A stretch of 64,000 nt of DNA from Spirochaetales bacterium (GTDB lineage Bacteria > Spirochaetota > Spirochaetia > UBA9216), in NCBI GenBank assembly GCA_016342585.1, contig JAEINK010000011.1, forward strand, positions 29,757 through 93,756, in the 5' to 3' direction. Below the pieces are notes generated by a model. The model was not told the origin of the DNA and searched no databases. It was given only the letters and a program-made list of their open reading frames with translations. Positions 9,887 to 18,278 of this stretch are shown here, one piece after another. Numbering within the stretch: position 1 is the first letter of the stretch; every line of letters starts with the position of its first letter. A program made the translations under genes and the position numbers.

Positions 9887-9904
9887 GAGTCATTATTGTA
9901 GACA

Positions 9905-9926
9905 TAAACCGATCGCAACCGGTTTA
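9905..9926. promoter_or_regulatory. Probable TetR operator 2
   Basis: TAAACCGATCGCAACCGGTTTA, immediately before the GGGAGG SD of aor. Confidence 0.7.
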
Positions 9927-9939
9927 CAGGGAGGTTTCA

Positions 9940-11967
9940 ATGAAGGGGTATATCGGCAGGATCTTAAGTATAGATCTATCGTCCGGGGAGTGGAAGGCAG
10001 AAACTGTAGGTGATGATGTTTATGAGAAATTCCTTTCCGGTGTGGGTCTGGGGGCCTGGTATCTCTATCAGAATATCCCCGCCGGGGCTGATCCTATGGG
10101 GCCGGAAAATATCCTGGGTTTTACATCCGGTCTTTTAACCGGGACGGGCACCGTCATGACAGGAAGGTGGATGGCCATGTGTAAATCCCCCCTCACGGGC
10201 GGATGGGGAGATTCCAACTGCGGCGGTAATCTGGCCCCGGCTATAAAGCAATGCGGGTATGATGCGATCTTCATAAAGGGACAATCGAAAAAACCGGTCT
10301 ACATTTTCATCGACAACAAGGGACCGGTCATTAAGGATGCCTCCGCGTATTGGGGGCTGGATACGGTGGAAGCCGAAGAGAGACTGATAAAGGATAACTG
10401 GAATAAGAAGAAGCCTTCTGTGGCTGTTATAGGGCCTGCGTCGGAAAAGCTCTCCCTTATCTCGGGGATTTCAAACGATGGGGGGCGCTTTGCCGCCCGC
10501 TCCGGGGTTGGGGCTGTTATGGGCTCCAAGGGTTTGAAAGCCCTGGTCCTGGCAGGGACAAAGGCGGTGACCTGTGAGAATCCTGAGGCTATAAAAATCT
10601 TAACGAAAGAGTATGCCCGTAAAGTGCGAAAATCCAACGCCCCGGGGATCATGGGGGGATGGGCCATGGCTGTGATGGGCAAACTCCTGGGATCCATGAA
10701 GTCCGTTGTACCTATTGACGGTATCATGACAGTCATGCTCCTGAAAAAATGGGGGACGGTCATGAACAACACCATGGCCATTCAGAATGGGGATGCTCCT
10801 TTAAAAAACTGGAGTGGATCGGATAAAGACTACAAGGGGAAATATTCATCCTCCCTGAATCCTGACAAATTCATTGCCCGCGAGGAGCGAAAGTACCACT
10901 GCAGCTCCTGTATCGTTGGCTGTGGAGGCATCTGTTCTATCAAGGATATACGGGATGGAAAATATTCTCACACCCATAAACCCGAGTATGAGACGGCCAT
11001 GTGTTTCGGCGGACTCCTGATGAGTAAAGACACGGACTCCATATTCTATGCGAATGAGATCTGTAATCGATCCGGTCTCGATTCCATCTCCGCAGGCGGA
11101 GTGATTGCTTTTGCCATTGAGTGTTATGAAAATGGTATTCTCACTAAAGAGGATACGGGTGGGCTTGAACTTACCTGGGGGAATTCTGATTCTATTATCA
11201 GCCTTCTTGAAAAGATAGCTGCCAGGGAGGAGGGGATTGGTGCCCTCCTGGCCGATGGTGTGAAACGGGCAGCCGAAAAGATCGGGAAAGGGTCTGAACG
11301 CTTTGCTGTGCATGCGGGAGGGCAGGAGTTGCCCATGCATGATCCTAAGATCGATCCTATGCTCGGGGCTGTCTACAGTGCGGATCCCACACCGGGAAGG
11401 CATACCACAAGTTCCGGAGTCTATTATACAACATCCGCTCTCTGGGAGAAAATTTCCTGGCTTCCCCGATTCAGGATGTATCCTAAGGCGAAGGAGTATA
11501 TAAATCATGATGAGGTGTCACTTAAAAATGTGGCCTACACCAGCTACAAAATGCTCATTGATGGAACGGGATCCTGTTATTATGCCATGCTTATGGGGGT
11601 CAATCACTATAAGATATTTGATTATCTGAATCATGCTACCGGCTGGAATTTAAGTGCAGATGAGTATATCGAGATTGGGAAGAGGATGCAGAATATGCGT
11701 CAGCTCTTTAATATCAAACAGGGCGTCGATCCGGCCTCTTTTATAATGCATGCCCGGGCAACCGGGGAGGAACCCTTGATATCCGGACATAATGAAGGAC
11801 TCAAGCTGGACATTCAGGCTCTGGCTGAATCCTATAGAAGGGCCTGGGGCTGGGATGAAATTACGGCGGTTCCCACCAGTGAGACTCTGGAAAAATTCGG
11901 ACTTAAAGAGCTTGTGGTTGTTGGTGGAGAGACGGCTGGTTCAGAGAGAGAGGTAACAAATGGCTGA
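9940..11967 (+). CDS. aor: Aldehyde:ferredoxin oxidoreductase family (tungstopterin, AOR/WOR)
   Basis: KSPLTGG, SGVGAVMGSKGLKA, CSSCIVGC (4Fe-4S ligands), PEYET, GLDSIS and MHDP motifs; 675 aa. Confidence 0.93.
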   Translation: MKGYIGRILSIDLSSGEWKAETVGDDVYEKFLSGVGLGAWYLYQNIPAGADPMGPENILGFTSGLLTGTGTVMTGRWMAMCKSPLTGGWGDSNCGGNLAPAIKQCGYDAIFIKGQSKKPVYIFIDNKGPVIKDASAYWGLDTVEAEERLIKDNWNKKKPSVAVIGPASEKLSLISGISNDGGRFAARSGVGAVMGSKGLKALVLAGTKAVTCENPEAIKILTKEYARKVRKSNAPGIMGGWAMAVMGKLLGSMKSVVPIDGIMTVMLLKKWGTVMNNTMAIQNGDAPLKNWSGSDKDYKGKYSSSLNPDKFIAREERKYHCSSCIVGCGGICSIKDIRDGKYSHTHKPEYETAMCFGGLLMSKDTDSIFYANEICNRSGLDSISAGGVIAFAIECYENGILTKEDTGGLELTWGNSDSIISLLEKIAAREEGIGALLADGVKRAAEKIGKGSERFAVHAGGQELPMHDPKIDPMLGAVYSADPTPGRHTTSSGVYYTTSALWEKISWLPRFRMYPKAKEYINHDEVSLKNVAYTSYKMLIDGTGSCYYAMLMGVNHYKIFDYLNHATGWNLSADEYIEIGKRMQNMRQLFNIKQGVDPASFIMHARATGEEPLISGHNEGLKLDIQALAESYRRAWGWDEITAVPTSETLEKFGLKELVVVGGETAGSEREVTNG

Positions 11968-12199
11968 TAAAAACAAACGACCGATTGTAAATATAAAAGA
12001 GTGTATGGCCTGTCGCATATGTGTTTCTACCTGTCCTTTCAGCTGCCTGCAAGAGAGCCGGACAGGTTTGGATCGATACAACAAGGCCTACCCGGAGCTT
12101 CTGTCTCCCGATACCTGCACTGCCTGCGGATTATGTGCCAGGGCCTGTCCGGTGGATGCGATTACCATGAATGTCCCTGCTGGCCCCTCCGTGGCATGA
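11960..12199 (+). CDS. 2x[4Fe-4S] ferredoxin (likely AOR small subunit or partner)
   Basis: CMACRICVSTCP and CTACGLCARACP; overlaps the aor stop. Confidence 0.92.
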   Translation: MADKNKRPIVNIKECMACRICVSTCPFSCLQESRTGLDRYNKAYPELLSPDTCTACGLCARACPVDAITMNVPAGPSVA

Positions 12200-12429
12200 A
12201 GGTCAAATTATACGCCCCCCCTTTCTGTGATCATAGCGGGATCGATGATCATGGATTTCTGGAACTGAAGGCGGGGGCCAGGCTGAAGGATCTATATTCC
12301 ATAATAAAAGTACCCCTCCTGGTGAGGCCGGTTCTGATCACTTCGGTTAATTATGAAAAATCCGGTTTGCTGTGCAAGCTTGAAGATGGCGATACGGTGA
12401 GTATTTTCTGGCCCCTGTCGGGGGGGTGA
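12196..12429 (+). CDS. moaD: MoaD/ThiS family sulfur carrier
   Basis: 77 aa from ATG 12196 (ATGA overlap with the ferredoxin). Ends LEDGDTVSIFWPLSGG with the diagnostic C-terminal GG. Confidence 0.88.
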   Translation: MKVKLYAPPFCDHSGIDDHGFLELKAGARLKDLYSIIKVPLLVRPVLITSVNYEKSGLLCKLEDGDTVSIFWPLSGG

Positions 12430-12530
12430 GCTTCCGCGACAGGGGCCATAGGTACCGAACCTCTGTGTTTTTAACTTAGGCTGCGGGAATGGCTCTTCTT
12501 TTGGCAGATATCCATTCCTGTAAAGGCATA

Positions 12531-12569
12531 AAAAGCCCCCGGAAAGTATAAAACAGACTGGGGGCTTTT
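12531..12569. terminator. Bidirectional terminator between the convergent aor and mbx-like operons
   Basis: AAAAGCCCCCGG...CTGGGGGCTTTT inverted repeat with A/T tails on both sides. Confidence 0.7.
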
Positions 12570-12611
12570 CTCATTCATGAGATTTTTTAACGGGCTGTCC
12601 CTTTGTAAAAA

Positions 12612-13061
12612 TCATCCATCCAGTTTTTTCAGCAGATTCCCGACTTTTGTCACATGACCGCTCTCCTGATTGTAGAGCATCTGAAAGAGGTCTGCCACAT
12701 CGGCATTCAGATTTGTCATGGTGGCAATACTGGCGTAAAAATCCCGGGTGTTCTTCTCCCTGCCCAGGGCAGTATTCAGGATCTCCCTTTCAGTTGTTGT
12801 TGCCGAAATACTACGGTTCTGAATAAGCTTGTCCATACTCTCTGTGTCCAGGCCGGAAACAGCCGTGTTGTCGGCAGAGGCCAGAATATCGGTCAGCCGC
12901 TGTTCATGTTTGATCTCCTCCTGCTCAAGAATCGCAAGGAGTTCCTTCACGGCCTGCCCGTCGACTTTGGCCGCTGATTCCCGGTAGAAGTTCATGGATT
13001 CATGTTCAATCCTGATGGAGTATTTCAGTATATCGGTAACATTCATTTCTCCAGAGCTCAT
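12612..13061 (-). CDS. Ferritin-like/rubrerythrin-family di-iron protein
   Basis: Two E..S/T..FY plus ExxH units (EHESMNFY/EEIKH and EKNTRDFY/QESGH). ATGA overlap with the upstream gene. Confidence 0.88.
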   Translation of the reverse strand: MSSGEMNVTDILKYSIRIEHESMNFYRESAAKVDGQAVKELLAILEQEEIKHEQRLTDILASADNTAVSGLDTESMDKLIQNRSISATTTEREILNTALGREKNTRDFYASIATMTNLNADVADLFQMLYNQESGHVTKVGNLLKKLDG

Positions 13062-14899
13062 CTTTCTTCTCCTTTTTTCAGATAACGATCAATCCCGATG
13101 GCCGCAAGGTGGCCGTTGGCGATTCCGCTTATGACATCAGGTCCTTTGACGATGTCGCCTCCGGCAAAAAGCCAGGGCATGTTTTTAACCTGATAATCCG
13201 GATCCGTGGCGATTTGTCTTCGCGGTGTGTACTCCAGTGTGGAATTCAGCTCTTCGGGGATGTATGTCAAATCCGATGCCTGGCCGATGGATTCAATTAT
13301 CATATCGGCTTCATAGAATTTTTTATCTTCCAGATCGAACTTCGGGCTGAATCTTCCCTCTTCGTCGAAGATATGGAGGCATTTTGCCACTTCAAGTCCT
13401 TTCATGCTCCCATCGCTGTTCAGCTCGATCTTCTGTGGTCCGTAGGCCGGGGTTATGACAGCCCCCTCTTCCCGGGATTCTATCACCTCTTCTTCATCGG
13501 CGAGCATGCCGTCGCTCGGTTCAAGGCAGGTGGCCGTAACATCGACTTTACCATATTTCTTTCGCTGAAGCCTTGCCATCGACCGGGTGATATCCATGGC
13601 AACATTCCCGCCTCCGATGACCACAACTTTTTCTGGAACGTATATCTCTTCACCAAGGCTTATTTTTCTTAAAAGTTCAATTGATTGATATACCCTTTCG
13701 TGGTCCGAGTTTTCAATCCTTGTGGAGCGTCCAAGGTGGAGTCCCGTTCCGGCGAAAACCGCATCATAGTTCTCTTTCAGCTCTTCCAGGGTGATATCCT
13801 TGCCGACACGTATCCCTGTTTTTATCTCTACACCGATGGATTTTATGTAATCAATATCTTTGTCTATCATTTCATAGGGGAGACGGTATTCGGGGATTCC
13901 GTATCGCATCATACCGCCGGCTTCGGGCAGTTCCTCATAGATTGTAACCTCATAACCCATATTAGCCAGGTAGTGGGCGGCCGAAAGACCTGAAGGGCCG
14001 GCACCGACAATCCCAACCTTCTTCCCGTTTTTCTGAATGCTTTCCGTACCGAGTATCTTCCTGTATTTCTCAGATTCAACATTGTCGGCGATATACCGCT
14101 TCAGCCATCTGATGGAAATCGCATCGCCCTTATTCCCAATAGAGCAGACGGTTTCACATTTATGGGTACAAATTCTGCCACAGACTTCGGGGAGGGGATT
14201 GGTTTCATAGAGGATCCGTAAACCCTCTTCCATATCATCTTCCCTGATAGCCTTGATATAGGAGGGGATTCCCATGTGGGCGGGGCAGGTAGCTGTACAA
14301 ATTCCGCATTCAACACATCTGTCCGCCTCTTTCAAGGCCTGTTCGCGGGAGTAACCCTTCATCATTTCAATGAACGAGGTGCTCCTCTCCTCCGGCTTCA
14401 GGTGGTCCATCGCCACCCTTTCGGGTGGTGTCAGATCATAGTTTTCCGGTTTCCGGTAACCCTCTTCAACATTATCCCAGTATTTTTTGTCTGCCCCGAT
14501 TATAAATCTGTAATCCTCCGGGCTGCCGTTGACTCCGCCTTCGTTTTCCCCCTCTACAGACCAGCGGAACCTGTTGGTCATACTAAGTGAGTTTGTTGTG
14601 CAGATATCAACACACAGGGCACACCAGCAGCAACGGCCATAATCGATTCTTGGTCTGAGACCCGAGTCGCCATCCTTGGCTTCGATTCCCACTACCGGGA
14701 CCATGTCTATGGCTGCATTCTGGCATATCTCTTCGCAAGTGCCGCATCCAATACACTTCTCTATGTCATTCTTATGAAAGCCCCTGTACCTCTCCGACCC
14801 CTCTTTTTTTTCGGGGTGTCGCATGGTTACAGGCTCTTTTATAATATTTTTCCATACGGTAAAGGGGTATAGTACGTCTTTCCAGCTTGAATTGCTCAT
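13058..14899 (-). CDS. MbxN/NuoI-like 2x[4Fe-4S] domain fused to a GltD/SudA-like FAD/NAD(P)H oxidoreductase
   Basis: NuoI-like part: PVT..HP...RYRGFH, CIGCGTCEEIC, CCWCALCVDIC. GltD-like part: CVECGICTATCP, CGRICTHKCETVC, GAGPSG, GGMMRYGIPEYRLP, GGGNVA, FAGGD. Confidence 0.9.
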   Translation of the reverse strand: MSNSSWKDVLYPFTVWKNIIKEPVTMRHPEKKEGSERYRGFHKNDIEKCIGCGTCEEICQNAAIDMVPVVGIEAKDGDSGLRPRIDYGRCCWCALCVDICTTNSLSMTNRFRWSVEGENEGGVNGSPEDYRFIIGADKKYWDNVEEGYRKPENYDLTPPERVAMDHLKPEERSTSFIEMMKGYSREQALKEADRCVECGICTATCPAHMGIPSYIKAIREDDMEEGLRILYETNPLPEVCGRICTHKCETVCSIGNKGDAISIRWLKRYIADNVESEKYRKILGTESIQKNGKKVGIVGAGPSGLSAAHYLANMGYEVTIYEELPEAGGMMRYGIPEYRLPYEMIDKDIDYIKSIGVEIKTGIRVGKDITLEELKENYDAVFAGTGLHLGRSTRIENSDHERVYQSIELLRKISLGEEIYVPEKVVVIGGGNVAMDITRSMARLQRKKYGKVDVTATCLEPSDGMLADEEEVIESREEGAVITPAYGPQKIELNSDGSMKGLEVAKCLHIFDEEGRFSPKFDLEDKKFYEADMIIESIGQASDLTYIPEELNSTLEYTPRRQIATDPDYQVKNMPWLFAGGDIVKGPDVISGIANGHLAAIGIDRYLKKGEER

Positions 14900-14934
14900 T
14901 TCTGTCTATCCCTCCTGTTGTTTACTTTCATCTT

Positions 14935-16116
14935 CTATCTCTCCACTTCCGGCGGATAGGTGTGGATGGATACCAGGGTTCCCGCCACATCCGCGACATT
15001 GCAGTTTACAAGCATCTTTTCCGCCAGGGTTACGGCATGAGTATAGCTTGGTCCCCTCACATTTATCCTGCGGGGGTACCCAGACCCATCGGTAACCACA
15101 TAGTACCCATATTCACCACGGGTGCATTCGGCCTTCACATAGGTCTCTCCTGCGGGAATTTTCCAATGGAGCATGCTTGGCAGTTTGGCCTTGAACTCTC
15201 CTGTTTCCGGCGTCTGATCGATAATCTGACGAATCAGATTGATCGAAAGAAGGGTGTCCCTCCAGCGGAGTCTGGCCCTGGCAAAGACATCAGAGTCTGT
15301 TTCCGTCAGGGTTTCAAACTCAAGAGCCGGGTATTTTGCATAAGGATTATCCTTTCGAATATCCCTGGGGATACCGGCTGCTCTGGCATTGGGGCCGGTG
15401 ATTCCATACTCATCCACCCACTCGGGGTTGATATACCCGAGACCCCGGGTTCTTGTTTTGAAGACCACATTATTGAACATAACCCTTTCCACATCGTAGA
15501 GGATGGTTTCGATCTCTTTCAGGGTTTCGATCATCCTCCCCTTGAATCCGGGAGGAAGATTGTCCCTGACGCCTCCGGGGATTATGTAGATATGATAGAT
15601 CCTTGCTCCCGAGAGTTCCTCGAACATGCTTAAAACTTTGTCCCGGCAGTAGAGGGTCCACTGCCCAATTATTCCCATCCCGAGGGAACCGGCCTGGCCG
15701 CCTATCCACATAAGGTAGGACTGAAGCCTTGCCATTTCCATAATAAGGGTTCTGATCCACTGGGCGTTATCGGGGATCTCAATACCGGCGAGCTCTTCGA
15801 GGGCCGCAGCGTAGCAGTATTCATTAAAGTCCGGTTCGGGGACACAGATTCGGCACACCAGGGGGAAATTGTTGATAAATCTCCGGCGCTCCATGAGTTT
15901 TTCAAATCCGCGATGGAGATACCCCACATGGGTTTTTGATTCCATCACCTCATCCCCCAGGAGGGTTAATTCGAGAGACATGTTTCCCGTGATTCCGGGG
16001 TGCTGGGGACCCTGCCACACCTTTACATATTTTCCGCTGGAAAGATCGATATCGATCGAACCGTCGGGTTGATTTTCAGGGAAGAGTTCCCTGTTCTTTA
16101 CTCCATAATCAAGCAT
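14935..16116 (-). CDS. mbxL: MbxL/NuoD-like large subunit (no NiFe site)
   Basis: GPQHP, GYLHRGFEK, RICVPE, E.TRGEYG and RGPSY motifs; C-terminus YPPEVER. Confidence 0.9.
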   Translation of the reverse strand: MLDYGVKNRELFPENQPDGSIDIDLSSGKYVKVWQGPQHPGITGNMSLELTLLGDEVMESKTHVGYLHRGFEKLMERRRFINNFPLVCRICVPEPDFNEYCYAAALEELAGIEIPDNAQWIRTLIMEMARLQSYLMWIGGQAGSLGMGIIGQWTLYCRDKVLSMFEELSGARIYHIYIIPGGVRDNLPPGFKGRMIETLKEIETILYDVERVMFNNVVFKTRTRGLGYINPEWVDEYGITGPNARAAGIPRDIRKDNPYAKYPALEFETLTETDSDVFARARLRWRDTLLSINLIRQIIDQTPETGEFKAKLPSMLHWKIPAGETYVKAECTRGEYGYYVVTDGSGYPRRINVRGPSYTHAVTLAEKMLVNCNVADVAGTLVSIHTYPPEVER

Positions 16117-16658
16117 TATTTTTCTCCTTCACTAGGGTAAAGTTTTTCTTTCATGTGATCGGAAGGATCGTTGGTACTTCGGCCTTCCCTGGGGAAGTAG
16201 GTTTCTTCGGAATATTTCTTTGTGTCGAAGTCCCTTCGGTAGGGTGGTATATCATCCCAATATTCGAGGATCAGGGGATCGTTGATCTCCGGACTCCCGG
16301 GAAAGTCTATCCCGAACATCTCATGGAGCTCTCTCTGATAGGTCTTTGCCGCCGGCCAGAGATGATGAGCCGATTGCATTTCCGACTCTTCCGGCCAGAC
16401 GCTTCGATCAATAAAAGTTCTTACCCCTATCGACTTTTTCAAGGTCGGATTATTCAACAGGTAGGTCAGTTGAAATTGATTATCTTCCAGCCAGTCTACT
16501 GCTGTCAGGAGGATGAGATGTTTGAATCCTTCATACTCTTTCAGGTAGGTAAGAAGGCTTACGGTATCTTTTTTTTCACAGGTGATATAGTACCCGTGGT
16601 CTGTAGTCACTTTTGAAAGCGTGAACTGCTTCCTGACATTTTCTACAATGGTATCCAT
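16116..16658 (-). CDS. mbxK: MbxK/NuoC-like subunit
   Basis: LTAVDW, YQRELHEMFGIDFPG and PPYRRDF motifs. Confidence 0.9.
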   Translation of the reverse strand: MDTIVENVRKQFTLSKVTTDHGYYITCEKKDTVSLLTYLKEYEGFKHLILLTAVDWLEDNQFQLTYLLNNPTLKKSIGVRTFIDRSVWPEESEMQSAHHLWPAAKTYQRELHEMFGIDFPGSPEINDPLILEYWDDIPPYRRDFDTKKYSEETYFPREGRSTNDPSDHMKEKLYPSEGEK

Positions 16659-16667
16659 ATTTCCCCC

Positions 16668-17333
16668 TTACCAGCTGTAGTCCGGCATATCCCAGGATTT
16701 GATGATCTTCTTCTGGTTAGCCTTATACCATTCATAATTTTCTGCATATTCATTGGCCCCTTCACCGCGGCCTTCCTTGATCCTTTTTTTCAAAAGTTCG
16801 ATGGCATCAAGGAGTGCTTCGGGCCTGGGCATGCAACCTGTTATGTAGACATCGACAGGAATGTAGTGATCGAGACGATTAATCGTGTTGTATGAATCCC
16901 AGTACATGCCGCCATTGATTGTACAGCTGCAGAGTCCAATCACCCATTTCGGTCCCTGAATCTGCTCATAACTCCGGACTATCCGCTTGATCGTTTTTAT
17001 GGAGGCATAGCCTCCGATGACGAATACTGTCGATTGTCTCGGGGTTGCCCGCCAGGCCACACCGTACCGGTAGGCATCATACATGGGGCTGGAGAGGGGG
17101 CGCATCTCAATCGCCCCGCAGCCGGTACCGAAAGCCAGGATATAAATGGATTCCGCCCGGCACCAGTTCATAAATTTTTCCAGCGGTGCGATCTTTGAAG
17201 GAGGATGTACCTTCGGCTTCGCGTCAGCGAAGTAATCCTTCATGGGATCTACTTCGAACTCTTCCCCTTCGGGGGAGACCACAATCCTTTTTTCCAGATC
17301 GGCAAACCGTTTTTTGTAGTTCATCTTTGCCAT
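16668..17333 (-). CDS. mbxJ: MbxJ/NuoB-like Fe-S subunit
   Basis: GTGCGAIE, TPRQS, PKWVIG..SCTINGG and PVDVYITGCMPRPEA motifs. Confidence 0.9.
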   Translation of the reverse strand: MAKMNYKKRFADLEKRIVVSPEGEEFEVDPMKDYFADAKPKVHPPSKIAPLEKFMNWCRAESIYILAFGTGCGAIEMRPLSSPMYDAYRYGVAWRATPRQSTVFVIGGYASIKTIKRIVRSYEQIQGPKWVIGLCSCTINGGMYWDSYNTINRLDHYIPVDVYITGCMPRPEALLDAIELLKKRIKEGRGEGANEYAENYEWYKANQKKIIKSWDMPDYSW

Positions 17334-17336
17334 AAT

Positions 17337-18278
17337 TTAATACCTTATACTCGCTATAATGACTGAAATAACACCTATAATCAGAGGCCACTTGATAAAG
17401 AAGCGTATGCTCTGATCCACCCTGAATCGCGGAAATGAGACTCCCACGAAGACCGACCACATATAGACGAAGAAGGTCTTTAAGAAGAATACGACAAAGG
17501 TGAGGATGTATGAGTCGTAAAGTGCGACTCCTCCGAAGAAGAGGTTGACGTAAAGAATTGTCTTGGCCACGGGGAAGATAGTCCTGTTGGTCATCAGCAT
17601 GGCCAGGAACTGGGATTGATATTCGGTAGGAGGTCCTACGGGGATCTCCTGGGGAGCCAGTACAATATCGAAGGGAGAACGCATCATGGAGCCCAGGAAG
17701 GCCAGCATGGCCGCCGCGGTGGCGACAGGGTTTGTGAAGAGGGTCCAGTTCAGGACACCGCCCTGCTGAGCTGCCACGATCTCTGTGATATTGATTGACT
17801 GATACTGGGTTGCGATTGAATAGATGGCCAGCATAAGGGATATCTCGAAGGCCGATGTCTGGGCCAGTCCACGGGTTACAGCTATGGCCGAATAGGGGTG
17901 ACCTGCTTCTCCACCACCGAGGGCCATTCCCAGGGTTCCCAGAAAGATGAAGTAAGATACCAGTACAAGGTCCCCTGCAAAGGAGAAGCTCTGAAAGAAT
18001 GGTGCTCCATAGATTATGGGTATGAAGATCAGTATCCCTGCTCCTCCTGTAAAACGGAAGACCGGGCCCAGATAAAACATGACACCGTGGGAAATGGATG
18101 TCCTCGTTGCCCACTGGCGAATAATATTGAAATAAGGCTGTAAGAGCCGGATGCCGATTCTCTTTCCCACCCGGGCATAGATTTTTCCGATTATGCCCTG
18201 AAGAATAAGACCGTAGTTTATGGTGAAAAAGATGGTCAGCGCCGCAAAGAGTATTTTAATAGGATCGAAGTCGGCCAT
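17337..18278 (-). CDS. mbxM: MbxM/NuoH-like membrane subunit
   Basis: Polytopic hydrophobic protein with ARVGKRIG..LLQP, PFDI..APQEI..GP.TEY and PRFRVDQ motifs. Confidence 0.9.
   Translation of the reverse strand: MADFDPIKILFAALTIFFTINYGLILQGIIGKIYARVGKRIGIRLLQPYFNIIRQWATRTSISHGVMFYLGPVFRFTGGAGILIFIPIIYGAPFFQSFSFAGDLVLVSYFIFLGTLGMALGGGEAGHPYSAIAVTRGLAQTSAFEISLMLAIYSIATQYQSINITEIVAAQQGGVLNWTLFTNPVATAAAMLAFLGSMMRSPFDIVLAPQEIPVGPPTEYQSQFLAMLMTNRTIFPVAKTILYVNLFFGGVALYDSYILTFVVFFLKTFFVYMWSVFVGVSFPRFRVDQSIRFFIKWPLIIGVISVIIASIRY

Noticed and set aside
9793-9926. Two 21-22 bp direct repeats as a mini CRISPR array
   Set aside because: Only two copies, a ~90 bp spacer and no cas genes. Their positions at +1 and the SD fit operators.
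12001-12195. N-terminal extension of the 142 aa ORF
   Set aside because: It is an alternate frame of the ferredoxin gene. The MoaD-like protein starts at ATG 12196.
12446-12480. CCTAAG...TATGG (tetraloop-receptor-like, as in Moco/Wco RNA motifs) on the minus strand near moaD
   Set aside because: It lies downstream of a terminator and antisense to moaD, not in a 5' leader. The intervening stem is weak and no other riboswitch elements are visible.
13058-14899. Glutamate synthase small subunit (gltD)
   Set aside because: No gltB nearby. It has an N-terminal NuoI-like domain and occupies the mbxN position.
14935-16116. Group 4 NiFe hydrogenase large subunit
   Set aside because: Both CxxC motifs are broken (RICVPE; TYPPE) and no maturation genes are present.
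9940-17333. Selenocysteine or other recoding in the redox genes
   Set aside because: All ORFs are full length with Cys motifs in frame. The TGA stops fall at expected C-termini.
17224-18114. 296 aa same-strand alternate-frame ORF inside mbxM/mbxJ
   Set aside because: Arg/Pro-rich, no motifs, and fully overlapping conserved genes; treated as a shadow ORF.
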